Shown here piece by piece: positions 39,501 through 48,298 of a DNA stretch of 64,000 nucleotides. Within the stretch, counting starts at the first letter, position 1; each line of letters opens with the position of its first letter. This DNA is from Chamaesiphon sp. GTDB taxonomy: Bacteria; Cyanobacteriota; Cyanobacteriia; Cyanobacteriales; Chamaesiphonaceae. A program made the translations under genes and the position numbers. The DNA is taken from positions 1-64,000 of the forward strand of contig CBDFFH010000036.1 of assembly GCA_965246715.1 (NCBI GenBank), given 5' to 3'. The notes below the pieces were generated by a model that was given only the letters and a program-made list of their open reading frames with translations, was not told where the DNA came from and ran no database searches.

Positions 39501-40759
39501 TGATTGAGAACTAGGACTACGCGCCATAGGAATTCAGGTACGCTAACATTAACACCAGTAGCGGTCGTATCCCCATCACGCCCAGCAATAATATATAAAT
39601 CCTTGTCTTTTCCAGTAAATTGCTGAGTCGTTTGATTGTAAGTTCCAACTAAGGTGCTAGATAAAAATATAGCTAGATCCACCCAAGGATCTGGCTTAGA
39701 AATTTTGCCTAGATCGTATTCTGGGAATACATTTGACATCACAAAAGTTGAATAATAATCCTTGAAAATATTATCATTACCATTTGTTTGAGAAGTAGCG
39801 ATTCTTTCTCTCTGACGGGCATCTGCAACATGACCCCGTTGATAGCCGGAATTCTCACCATCTATAGCATTAAAATCTACTACAGTAAACTTCGGATATG
39901 AGTTATTTGATTGGAGAGAATTGAGTTGAAAATCGCGATTAAATTTATTTGGACGAACATCGACAGCATCAGAGTTCATCCAACTCCGATCGAGTTTGTA
40001 GCTTACCCAATTAGCTGTTTTTAGATCGTTATTGTAAGACAACGCATATCCTGGCTTCTCCAACAGGAAGTTAGTAAGATTTAGATTAGCTTCTAGATCG
40101 CCCTTAGCATTGGTCAAATTCCCTGGCAATAAATGTTCGCTGCCAAAGAAGATATCATCCAAATAAACTTTTTTACTACCATTAACAACTATTTTTAACT
40201 TAGCTACTTTACCTCTCATTTCCGCAGGTATGTCAGCCGAGAAAGTCTCAAAACCATAGCTGCCAAAAGCAAGTCGATTTATCTGCCCTTGCATCGGTTG
40301 TACTGCATTTATCCCTGGTTTTACTTCTCGTAGGTCGATAGCAACAACAGTTGTGCCATCAGTTGGAGATTTGATAGCATCATTAGGGATAATGAAAGAA
40401 GGAGTAGCTAAAGGTAAACCAGATAATTCAACCTCATTTCCACTTTCATCAATGAGAAACATTTGAATGAAATTGCTCTGATCATTACTTTGAGCCGGAT
40501 CGTCAATATGAACATTAAATCTGAGCCTACCATTTTCAGGGATGACAAAAGCATTGTGAATTAAAGTATCACCACCTTGAAGCTCTATAGCGTAGTTTGG
40601 ATTACTAGGATTGTAACCAATTGTTTTTAGATAAGATGGATGAGTGAATTGTCCATTAGGAGGCTGTGATGAGTTAGCATTAGGATCTCTAGCTAGTCGG
40701 TCATAATCTTGAGTCAGACCAGTTGAATCGCTTAGAAACGTAGGGTGGGCACTGCCCAC
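36536..40759 (-). CDS. Multidomain exoprotein fragment: DNA/RNA non-specific endonuclease, HEXXH metalloprotease, Ig-like and PKD domains; probably truncated at both ends
   Basis: ANWVSY, QRGH and TFVMSNVFP (nuclease); HEMGHTLG; repeated WN(F/L)GDG PKD motifs. The ORF start lies inside a REP and the last PKD breaks off. Confidence 0.8.
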   Translation of the reverse strand: MGSAHPTFLSDSTGLTQDYDRLARDPNANSSQPPNGQFTHPSYLKTIGYNPSNPNYAIELQGGDTLIHNAFVIPENGRLRFNVHIDDPAQSNDQSNFIQMFLIDESGNEVELSGLPLATPSFIIPNDAIKSPTDGTTVVAIDLREVKPGINAVQPMQGQINRLAFGSYGFETFSADIPAEMRGKVAKLKIVVNGSKKVYLDDIFFGSEHLLPGNLTNAKGDLEANLNLTNFLLEKPGYALSYNNDLKTANWVSYKLDRSWMNSDAVDVRPNKFNRDFQLNSLQSNNSYPKFTVVDFNAIDGENSGYQRGHVADARQRERIATSQTNGNDNIFKDYYSTFVMSNVFPEYDLGKISKPDPWVDLAIFLSSTLVGTYNQTTQQFTGKDKDLYIIAGRDGDTTATGVNVSVPEFLWRVVLVLNHGQKLADATKDNMAFAVYMPNDASRGNIINWRDNQYFTSLMSVADLEQKLKQSGNNFDFFSNLPTQTRSQIKTRNYTEIYNWIVGGVYPLLAEEEQSTSSPYSITTRKDTLPISESSGSLKEAIDTSCTRKITLNPDGTVRFTTPLEIGISQIGISKNNIFQATSSKVDVATVNVTAKTGISEIGSSQIRSIDTNTIKSSSEETSTTEIGITYKTSIKGSTSQVDVAQVSPIQMSYGNFSEGEISSPSSIETQDVLFFQAFGVQHNVGYQVQKIELAAISLWQQQLHSTTPIDLNFEITNLPTGHLAEGTITSYNTNGTPKTATITIDDDANGVGWFVDSTPGDSSEFQGVGELGSEGVGEYFQAAPNSSASGKYDLLTAILHEMGHTLGIINGYSEFDKHIKNGIFTTDTFTTKLTPDGSHLDSTLYPYDLMNTSLKPGVRKLPSKMDWAIINALNSGIGSGVSGVGTVNPAYLTAGALIGITNGDFTTATTWNTAGATNIINGTATLTEQSQKLSELTQAFIIPTGAKTLQFTIIDNHLVAGDTSKTANDAFEVALLDTNTFNPLAGTSQGLTNTDSLLNIQANGNIHKSDKVTITALGNNSSIVTIDLTQVTPSTQATLYFNLLGFGAKTSTVTIDDVKLFTDTQPIPVTKNDTLTTNQNTPLTLTTTQLTTNDTNVTQIQIINQPTHGTLTQTTDGKLTYQPIPTYVGNDSFTYLGFGSDGQISNLATVNLTVNNLPPTIQTLTIPTKINEGQTIQLSATATDGGNSNNLTYSWNLGDGTNPIVGSNIAHTYTDNGNYDITITVTDKDGGSTQQTTTVKVDNLAPIVNLTAPTTSLNQGESLNLGVTYSDPGIKDTHTITWNFGDGYIPVTGVTNPNHTFLKAGTNNLTVTVTDNDGASTTKSLKIAVANVALTIVSIIQPLQIKKSQAATFTATASDPGIADTLTYSWNFGDITPPVLGQNVNHIFANRDPCNVTLTVDRHEC
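38421..38458. repeat. STRR-like CCCCAACT tandem repeat kept in frame inside the large ORF
   Basis: tccccaactccctcactccccaactccccaactccctg, read as GVGELGSEGVGE. Confidence 0.6.
38708..39232 (+). CDS. Pentapeptide repeat protein nested antisense inside the 36536-40759 ORF
   Basis: EEENILSLYAAGRRDF leader like that of the 27824-28273 paralog, then NLTGA/NLSGA/ADLTNA/ADLRNS repeats; ATG 38708, TAG 39230-39232. Confidence 0.8.
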   Translation: MLYTERLEEENILSLYAAGRRDFSFTEISVGHLDGRDLSDINLTGASFYGGFISNTNLSGACLFGATFNCVGIYGSNLTGADLTNARFSGNIDCSNVNFTRCRLEDVVFTNADLRNSNFQGCGEANGSIWIKCDFSGATGIDRLFERSGGFGYWKCIFSGGDGVGRTSGLLFLG

Positions 40760-40946
40760 AGACCATTTAGAGCCGAAGAAATAAGAGTTTAAACTGTTTG
40801 ATTCGATTACCTCCGGTACGCTACGCGAACGAAATAATCTCTACAATAATCGATCGCAAAGTGTGGCGTAGACAATCGATATTAATCACCTCAAATATTT
40901 ATATTACTAAATCGATAATGGTGTTTATGGGCACTGCCCACCCTAC
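40740..40946. repeat. REPIN-like unit at the 3' side of RAYT
   Basis: GTAGGGTGGGCACTGCCCAC at 40740 and inverted copy ending CCCTAC at 40946; the spacer is duplicated at 41698-42025. Confidence 0.85.
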
Positions 40947-41014
40947 AAAATTGAAATCTTAAAACCAACAAAGTTAACAGCTTTGGTAGCGAGCGCCTGA
41001 AGGGATATTTATTG

Positions 41015-41590
41015 TTATTCTCCCATTTCTAAATTCATCAAACTCATTACTGCTGGAGTGAGAATATTTCCATTACATTGACATCCCCACTGGCGATCGT
41101 ACTCGCCCCGCCTCACCCCACGACGAAAACTGGAATATTGCCAATCGTGAACGCATTTTACCAACCCATGCTTAACTGGATTGAAATGCAAATAATCCAA
41201 ATGCTTGCGTAAATCTACTTCATCCCGGATCGTATGCTCATAAAATCTTCTTTGCCAAACATCACTCTCCCGATGCTTCCGCCGCGACTCACATACATCC
41301 TCCGGTAAATTATTCACCCCACGTAATGCACGAGTAAATAACACCTTCATCCGTCCGACTCGATAAGAATAATCGGGATCGTCAGGTGGTAACGTCCACA
41401 AAAAATGAATGTGTTCGGGAAGAATAACCGCAGCATCGATATTGAATGGCTTTTCTGCCATCATTAATGCACAAGATTGTCGCAATATCTCAATATTTTC
41501 TGGTGCTAAAAATAACTTATGCCGCTGGTAAGTGATGAGAGTCAGAAAAACACTACTTCCAGGGATATGAGCGCGGCGGTATTCTGGCAC
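41015..41590 (-). CDS. REP-associated tyrosine transposase (RAYT/TnpA-REP, HUH Y1)
   Basis: MPEYRR start, LPEHIH (HUH), WQRRFYEHTIRDE, YLHFNPVKHGLV and WQYSS motifs; flanked by GTAG REPs. Confidence 0.93.
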   Translation of the reverse strand: MPEYRRAHIPGSSVFLTLITYQRHKLFLAPENIEILRQSCALMMAEKPFNIDAAVILPEHIHFLWTLPPDDPDYSYRVGRMKVLFTRALRGVNNLPEDVCESRRKHRESDVWQRRFYEHTIRDEVDLRKHLDYLHFNPVKHGLVKCVHDWQYSSFRRGVRRGEYDRQWGCQCNGNILTPAVMSLMNLEMGE

Positions 41591-41697
41591 AGCTAAAATT
41601 GGAATAACTAACTATGACTAATAAGTTTGAAACTAAGTTATACATTTATTCTACATTAGAAATGTAAGCTGAGTAATGTCGGCAATCATTTAGAAAA

Positions 41698-42025
41698 GTA
41701 GGGCGAGCAATGCCAACAGAACATTTAGAGCCGTAGCTAAAATAATTTAAACTGTTTGATTCGATTACCTATGATTCGCATAGCGAAAGAGCAATCTCTT
41801 CAACAATCGATCGATCTTAACCACTATAAATATCCATATTGCTAAGGCAATAATGGCTGGTGGGCAGTGCCCACCCTACCAATCTACTACGCGAACGAAA
41901 TAATCTCTACAATAATCGATCGCAAATCATATCGTAGGCAATCAATATTAACCACCTCAAATACTTATATTGATAAATCAATAATGATGTTTGCGGGTAG
42001 TGGCCATTCTACAAATTGAACTCTT
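41698..42025. repeat. REPIN-like cluster at the 5' side of RAYT
   Basis: REPs at 41698-41717 and 41859-41879, degenerate copy at ~41993-42012; spacer homologous to 40760-40960. Confidence 0.8.
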
Positions 42026-42106
42026 TTCGTCTCTAGTTTTCCTGAGGAAACAAATAAAAATCAAACTTTTTAGAATAGATATCGATCGATTTAGAAAATA
42101 TCCAAT

Positions 42107-43384
42107 TTAAAAAATAAACCGCAATTGAAGATCGAGATCTGCTGCTTGAGGATCGATTTCGATCGTCCGAATAAATTCCCGAAAATAGAAACGGCGTTCC
42201 GATTCGGATAAATCCAGCCAAAATTGACGAATCGAGACAGCTTGAGCCAGAGATTGTAGATTTACAGGTGGGAATGCCGCTAACCGATCTTGCAGCTTAC
42301 TAATTTCTGTTTTGAGTTTATATGTTCGCAGTTCGACAGTTTCTAAGTCGAGAATGCCGGGTTTAATTAGTTTGGGTAACTGCGCGATCGCCTGTTGTTT
42401 ATCGACTATCTCCTGTGATATTTTTTGTTTGAATCCATCCATATTTGGCATCTCAACTTGACTTACTGCGGTTGGTAAATCCGTACAAATCCGATCGATC
42501 GTGGCATTCAATACGCGATCGTAAACGATCGATTTACACTTCGGTTGGCGATCGCAATGAGTAGGCCGTAAGTATACATATTTCTCGGTACGACGCGGTG
42601 CCGAAACAGTGGTAACAGTCAGATTTTGCCCACACTGTTGACAAGTAACTAACCCTGCTAGAGATCGTGGCGCGCTCGCCGTGCGCGGTGGTAACCGCCG
42701 ATTTCGCCGCAATAATCGATCGATCTGTGCTGCCTCATCCTGCGAGATAATCGCCGCATGAGTGTCCGAAATCACCTCACCGTTTAAATAAGCCGTATCG
42801 CCCCGATAGACGGCATTAGATAGCCATCTCAGCCCCGTAGAAGCCGAGATTTTTTTATTGTATTTCTTCTCTAAATATCTCACCGCACCTCGGAGCGAAC
42901 CATAAATAATAAAGCGATCGAAGAAATCTTTAACTACTGGCACAGAAGACTTATCGATCGTATATTTATCCTTACTCCGTCGATATCCATAAGGTGCTTT
43001 TCCAGGCGGCGGTAACGATTTCAGTCGATTGCGTGCGTGTCCTTGGCGCATTCGCCGACTGAGTTGGTTGGATTGAATTTTATCGATTAGTTGTAAGAGA
43101 TTTAATTGTGGTTCGATTTCGGTTTCGGTTGTAATTAACTCAACACCTAGCTCCTGCAATTTAACCAAAACTTGCCGAACTTCACCAACAGAATCACCCA
43201 ATTCATCCAATCGTCTAACTAATAAATAATTGATGCGATCTTCTAGACAACTTGCGAATAATCTCGTTAGTTCTTCCCGCTGCCCCAAATCTTGATACAC
43301 TCGATCGATCTCCCACCCCCAAATCTCAACAGCTGGTGGTTCTTCAATTAACGGATCTGTGTAGATATAAGCGACAATCTGCAT
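42107..43384 (-). CDS. Serine recombinase-family protein (resolvase, recombinase and zinc-ribbon domains), catalytic motif degenerate
   Basis: RRLDELGDS, GKAPYGY, THAAIIS and LAGLVTCQQCG motifs. Confidence 0.85.
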   Translation of the reverse strand: MQIVAYIYTDPLIEEPPAVEIWGWEIDRVYQDLGQREELTRLFASCLEDRINYLLVRRLDELGDSVGEVRQVLVKLQELGVELITTETEIEPQLNLLQLIDKIQSNQLSRRMRQGHARNRLKSLPPPGKAPYGYRRSKDKYTIDKSSVPVVKDFFDRFIIYGSLRGAVRYLEKKYNKKISASTGLRWLSNAVYRGDTAYLNGEVISDTHAAIISQDEAAQIDRLLRRNRRLPPRTASAPRSLAGLVTCQQCGQNLTVTTVSAPRRTEKYVYLRPTHCDRQPKCKSIVYDRVLNATIDRICTDLPTAVSQVEMPNMDGFKQKISQEIVDKQQAIAQLPKLIKPGILDLETVELRTYKLKTEISKLQDRLAAFPPVNLQSLAQAVSIRQFWLDLSESERRFYFREFIRTIEIDPQAADLDLQLRFIF

Positions 43385-43394
43385 GGGTGGGCTG

Positions 43395-43501
43395 GCGGTT
43401 GAAACCGCGCCGATACAAACAAAGTCCGCCTTCGCAGACTGAAGATTAGATTTTAACCCGCGTAGGCGGGTTTTGGTTCGCTAGCAGCGGTTTCAACCGC
43501 C
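43395..43501. repeat. Palindromic dispersed repeat family B
   Basis: GGCGGTTGAAACCGC ... GCGGTTTCAACCGCC. Confidence 0.75.
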
Positions 43502-43592
43502 ACGCGATCGAATTCACTTTTCTTTAAAGTAAAATGCTAAAGCTAAACAAACAAGTGAATTTGAAGAGGTAATCATTAGCGGTAAGATATCC

Positions 43593-45007
43593 GGTTCTAC
43601 CGAACTTACTATGCTAAATCAAGGATTGAAATGCCATGCTAGCAAACTTCTGATCTGAAAATTCTCAAAATTTCTAAACCCATATCCCATTCTTTTTATT
43701 AGCTTGAGTTTATTGTTAATTCCTTCGACGACTCCTTGAGTTGTTCTATTATCAAAATAGGCAATTATTTCACCAATCCATCTTTTAATAGTTCCACAAC
43801 TCTTGGGGAATTTCCCACAAGCATTCTTGAGCCAGTCACACAAGCTTATTAGCCCATTTCCCCAATCTGTTTTTGATTCAAATATATCTCTAAATAACTC
43901 TTTTGTTTTGTGCATTGCTGCTAATTCTGGAAAAACGTCTCCAATCTCTTTCAACTTCTCTTTTTGCAATTCATTCAAATCCGCTTCGTTTTTGAGTATT
44001 GCATATTTACTGTGAGTTAATGCTGCTAATTTCTTGTTCTTTTCATCTTTGTTCTTCACCCTCTCAGCCTCTCTTTTGATTTTAATTCTCTCTCGATCTA
44101 ACTCTTCATTTATCTGTTTCATTACATGAAATCTGTCTCCAACCACTTCAGCATTTGGTATCAATTCATTTACCAGACTTTTGTATGATGAAAATAGATC
44201 GATACTTACTTCTGTAATTTGGTTCAAAACCTCCGAACCCCAAGACTTCAAGCACTCACCAATACATTCTTGAGTCCTTTTTGGTAAGATGGCTATTAAC
44301 TCTCTTTTTTCTAGATCTACTAACACCGCACAATAGTTTTTTTGCCCTTTAACAAAGGCAATTTCATCAATTCCTAGTCTGGTTAAATTCTCTGGCTTTT
44401 TTTGCACTAGATTTACCCCAGCTTTTTTGATTATTGTCTCCACTTCTTGCTCACTTAATCCATTTCTTTTGGCAACACTTTTAATATCACTAGCTAGACT
44501 CTCTTCGACAATCTTCTGCTTCATTCGCTCGGTGAAATGACTTCTCTTTTTGATGAAATTTAATTCCTCACTGAATTTTCGACCACAACTCATACACTTG
44601 AATTGACGACGATTAATTTTAAGGTAAACATCATGTTCACCGAATGGTAGATCTCTCACTGTTAATTGGTGATTCTCATGAAGTTTATTACTTTCAGTTC
44701 CACAATGAGGACACACTGCTTTTAATTGCTGATTTTCTAGATAAATAAAATAACCGATTTCATCTAAGATCTTATAAGCAGTGACGGTCATTCCGTCGAT
44801 ATTAAGAATTTCATTAATGGTTTTTAGTTGCGATTTGGATGACATAATGCAATTCAAGCTTATTTGTTGCCAGAAATCAAGATCTTACTATTCTATAATA
44901 AAATCTGTCATTTATGCTGCACCAAGCTTCCATAACTCAAAATTATCAATTTTGTCAATTAAACTTGATTCTTATCCACTACTTAGCATAGCAAGTTCGG
45001 TAGAGCC
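43593..45007 (-). mobile_element. ISL3-family insertion sequence, complete
   Basis: 25-bp TIRs GG(T/C)TCTACCGAACTT(A/G)CTATGCTAA; 8-bp target duplication AGATATCC at 43585-43592 and 45008-45015. Confidence 0.93.
43619..44857 (-). CDS. ISL3-family transposase
   Basis: CPHCG zinc finger, GIDE, DRFHV and EGINNKLKLIKRMGYGFRNF motifs. Confidence 0.96.
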   Translation of the reverse strand: MNCIMSSKSQLKTINEILNIDGMTVTAYKILDEIGYFIYLENQQLKAVCPHCGTESNKLHENHQLTVRDLPFGEHDVYLKINRRQFKCMSCGRKFSEELNFIKKRSHFTERMKQKIVEESLASDIKSVAKRNGLSEQEVETIIKKAGVNLVQKKPENLTRLGIDEIAFVKGQKNYCAVLVDLEKRELIAILPKRTQECIGECLKSWGSEVLNQITEVSIDLFSSYKSLVNELIPNAEVVGDRFHVMKQINEELDRERIKIKREAERVKNKDEKNKKLAALTHSKYAILKNEADLNELQKEKLKEIGDVFPELAAMHKTKELFRDIFESKTDWGNGLISLCDWLKNACGKFPKSCGTIKRWIGEIIAYFDNRTTQGVVEGINNKLKLIKRMGYGFRNFENFQIRSLLAWHFNP

Positions 45008-45135
45008 AGATATCCTTAATCAAAGCGGTATTGGCTTGAGGATAAAATGTACCTACTCCAATCAATAAAAATTCAGCCAGTAAAGATATCCCAAAAAAGA
45101 CAATCAACGTAACAGAAATTTTGGACATAAACGGC

Positions 45136-45921
45136 TCAATCTATTCCTAAATAGGCTTCAATTACCCGCTGGTCGTTTTGAACTTTAGTTGGCGTACCAT
45201 CGACGAGGTTGGTACCTTCTGCCAATACCCACACTCGATCGCATAAAGTCATAATCACATCCATATTATGCTCGATAATCAGGAATGTCATCCCCTCCTT
45301 GCGCCAGTTGAGAATGTGCCCGCAAATATCCTCGATCAGCCGTGGATTTACCCCCGCAGCGGGTTCGTCCAATAAGATTAACTGCGGATCTGCCATGAGC
45401 GCCCGACCGATTTCGAGTAGCTTGCGTTGTCCACCCGACAACCCGCCAGCATAATCATTTGCCTTGGTGCTCAAACCAACAGCAGTCAGGATCGACATCG
45501 CCTTTTCTTTCAACACTCGCTGTTGGATCTGCGTTTGTTTGGAATGCGTCCATACCTGCCAAAACTTCTCCCCTGTTTGATCCTTGGCTCCCAATAACAT
45601 ATTCTCCAAGACCGACATCCGCGATAGTGCTTTTGCCACTTGAAATGTCCGCACCATACCCAATCTGGCGATTTGATGCGGCTGGAGTCGATCGATATTT
45701 TGGCCGTTTAGTTGAATTTGCCCAGAATCTGGTCTAATAAAATTAGATAAAAGATTGAAAAAAGTCGTTTTCCCCGCTCCATTCGGGCCGATTAAACCCG
45801 TAATACTTCCAGCAGCAACTTCGATGCCAGCATGTTGTACTGCATTAACACCACCAAAAGTTTTACACAATCCCTGCGCTGAGAGTAAAGGTCGAACAGA
45901 CATCGGAATATAATTAGACAT
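45136..45921 (-). CDS. Branched-chain/neutral amino acid ABC transporter ATP-binding protein (NatA/LivG-like)
   Basis: GPNGAGKT, LSGGQ, LLDEPAAG and IEHNM motifs. Confidence 0.92.
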   Translation of the reverse strand: MSNYIPMSVRPLLSAQGLCKTFGGVNAVQHAGIEVAAGSITGLIGPNGAGKTTFFNLLSNFIRPDSGQIQLNGQNIDRLQPHQIARLGMVRTFQVAKALSRMSVLENMLLGAKDQTGEKFWQVWTHSKQTQIQQRVLKEKAMSILTAVGLSTKANDYAGGLSGGQRKLLEIGRALMADPQLILLDEPAAGVNPRLIEDICGHILNWRKEGMTFLIIEHNMDVIMTLCDRVWVLAEGTNLVDGTPTKVQNDQRVIEAYLGID

Positions 45922-45977
45922 AAATTATTCGCTCGAATATTTAATATTTACTGTAAGGTTACTCTGCGGTATCGCGG

Positions 45978-47054
45978 CTATCTGCCCAAAGTTAATTCTT
46001 CTTTTTTACCTAAAATACCCTGCGGACGCAAGACCATTAGCAGCATCAAAATTAGCCCGATAATCATAATCCGAAAGGCTCCTTGCTGAGTATCGTCGAG
46101 ATGAAGAGCGCGAAAGAATGCTTTGAATATTTCGGTGCGGGTTAGTTCGTAATAGCCCCAGAAAATAATTGCCCCGATAATCGTCCCGAGATTATTACCA
46201 GAACCGCCTAACATTACGATAATCCAAGCATTGAAAGTAATTAATGGTTCAAAATTGTCGGGGAAAACACTAAATTGCCAAGCATAAAACGCCCCAGATA
46301 TTCCCGCGATCGCACCACCCAACATAAAAGCTTGTAACTTGTACCAAAAGACATTTTTACCCAACGCTCTGGGCACTTCTTCATCCTCTCGGATCGCTTT
46401 TAATACCCGTCCCCAGGGTGAATTTACCAATTGGTCTAAGCCGACATATACAACTGTTAAAGTAGTTAAAGTCAGTAGCATCAATCCCGCGCGCGGGTCG
46501 TAAGTATAGAGCGATAGCGCGCCACAAACATAGACAGTTAGCACGAAAATACTCGCTACCACACCACCCACAATCCCCAACATTTTTTCGACCCGCATCC
46601 ACAACCACAATCGCCAGAGTGCCAACCCACAAATTACCGTCAACCAGCCGATTAACAGTAGTCTGACAGGATAGTCCGGTTGGAAATTAAATGGAACTGG
46701 ATAGCCTTGTACGCCGAAAGTCCCCTTGGTCAGCCAAGCTTCATTTTTTGCCGCTAACCTGACTAATTCAGATACGCCGATAGTCACGATCCCTAAATAA
46801 TCCTCTCGCAATCTGAGGGTAGAAATACCAATTAGTAGTCCGAGGAACGCGGCTAAAATACCACCAACTAAAACGGCAACTGGAATCGGCACACCTTGCA
46901 TCGACAGTAACACGGTACTATAAGCCCCGATCGCCATGAAAGCCACATGACCGAAATTAATCAGTCCTGTCACTCCCCACTGGAGATTTAACCCCAAGCT
47001 AAACAGCGCATATGTAGCAGCAGAGATCGTCAGGAAGACAAAATAAATGACCAT
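45978..47054 (-). CDS. Branched-chain/neutral amino acid ABC transporter permease (NatC/LivM-like)
   Basis: GLNLQWG, LRLREDYL and SPWGRVLKAIREDE motifs. Confidence 0.92.
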   Translation of the reverse strand: MVIYFVFLTISAATYALFSLGLNLQWGVTGLINFGHVAFMAIGAYSTVLLSMQGVPIPVAVLVGGILAAFLGLLIGISTLRLREDYLGIVTIGVSELVRLAAKNEAWLTKGTFGVQGYPVPFNFQPDYPVRLLLIGWLTVICGLALWRLWLWMRVEKMLGIVGGVVASIFVLTVYVCGALSLYTYDPRAGLMLLTLTTLTVVYVGLDQLVNSPWGRVLKAIREDEEVPRALGKNVFWYKLQAFMLGGAIAGISGAFYAWQFSVFPDNFEPLITFNAWIIVMLGGSGNNLGTIIGAIIFWGYYELTRTEIFKAFFRALHLDDTQQGAFRIMIIGLILMLLMVLRPQGILGKKEELTLGR

Positions 47055-47123
47055 CGGGGAAATTATGAATTACGAGTTTTGGATGGTGTGCTATCCCAAC
47101 AGATAACGCATCCTAGTTTTAGC

Positions 47124-47346
47124 TAACGTCAGTTCAGGTTAAGATATTGGCTTCGTTCTAGCACCACCCGCGATTGAAATCGGGGCTAACGTTACAAAGT
47201 CCGCCTTCGCGGACTGAATTTCCCAGTCCGCGAAGCGAAAAGTGCTGCTGGGGCGCGAGCTGTTGGGGGGAAGCTTCCCCCCAAAACGTCGCTTAGGTTA
47301 GCTACTAAATCTAAATGACTCTCAGCTTACCCTTAACCGAGTGTTA
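47124..47346. mobile_element. MITE family A (degenerate right end)
   Basis: TAACGTCAGTTCAGGTTAAG ... CCTTAACCGAGTGTTA. Confidence 0.65.
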
Positions 47347-47417
47347 GTACAACCAACTACCCTCCAAAAAAATCCCCTCTTGTGGAGGGGACGAACACAC
47401 TAACGGGATGATTGGTT

Positions 47418-48065
47418 TTAACACTTAGGAATTTTCAATCCGAGATTCCCATGAAAATCCTGTTGAACTTTGTGAGTCAAACGGCGTGAGACTTGAGTGA
47501 CGATTTGCTTAAGTACATTGTCGCCCGTGCCTTGGATAAATTTCTTGGGTAGCTTGTGAATAAACTTAGGAAATTGAATCTGAACGCTCAAATCGAGATC
47601 CCACTCTACCTTTGTCCCCAATATCGCCCCATTTACGGTTTCTACTAAGCGCATTTGGGCATTGAAGCTCACTTCATAGCCAGGGGGGGTATAGTCGGGG
47701 ATATCGATCGTGCGGATGCGATAGATGCCGCTTTGTTGGGGCAATAATTCTAAGCCGACCTTTGGCTCGACAATATAACCACACGAATTAAACTTACCGA
47801 TCGTAATTGCATAACCATTCTGTCCGATCGCATTTACTTGCATCGGATGGGCACAGCGGGTAAACCAACCTTGATGCGCGTCCAAATATTTGCCGACAGT
47901 CTGGAGATCTGCACCCATTGGCATGGCATCGGTAAAGCGATAACTAAACACGAATGGCTGAGTCTGACTGGTATCTAGCGATTTCAAGTCTTGGGGTTGT
48001 ACTTCTGACTCCATCACAACAGAACTCGTTGTTATGCTACTTTTCTCTAATGTTTGTAATGTCAT
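47418..48065 (-). CDS. DUF1997 family protein
   Basis: YLDAHQGWFTRCAHPM and VEPKVGLELLP motifs. Confidence 0.85.
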   Translation of the reverse strand: MTLQTLEKSSITTSSVVMESEVQPQDLKSLDTSQTQPFVFSYRFTDAMPMGADLQTVGKYLDAHQGWFTRCAHPMQVNAIGQNGYAITIGKFNSCGYIVEPKVGLELLPQQSGIYRIRTIDIPDYTPPGYEVSFNAQMRLVETVNGAILGTKVEWDLDLSVQIQFPKFIHKLPKKFIQGTGDNVLKQIVTQVSRRLTHKVQQDFHGNLGLKIPKC

Positions 48066-48298
48066 CTCCTGTCGATCCCGTTATTGTGCTGATTGTACGC
48101 GAACTCTTTCTAAATACAAGGTGCTAGCGTTAAAAACCGGAAACATTAACTAAAGTAACCGGATTGCCGTCAAAATGGTATAGTACACATCCGATTTAGG
48201 CGGCAAATTTTTGCCGACAAACACCCGATCGCTAGTTTCTGTCTTTAACATAAGTAATTAGAGAGCTAATCCTTAAACTGTATTGTAACTAAAACTTA

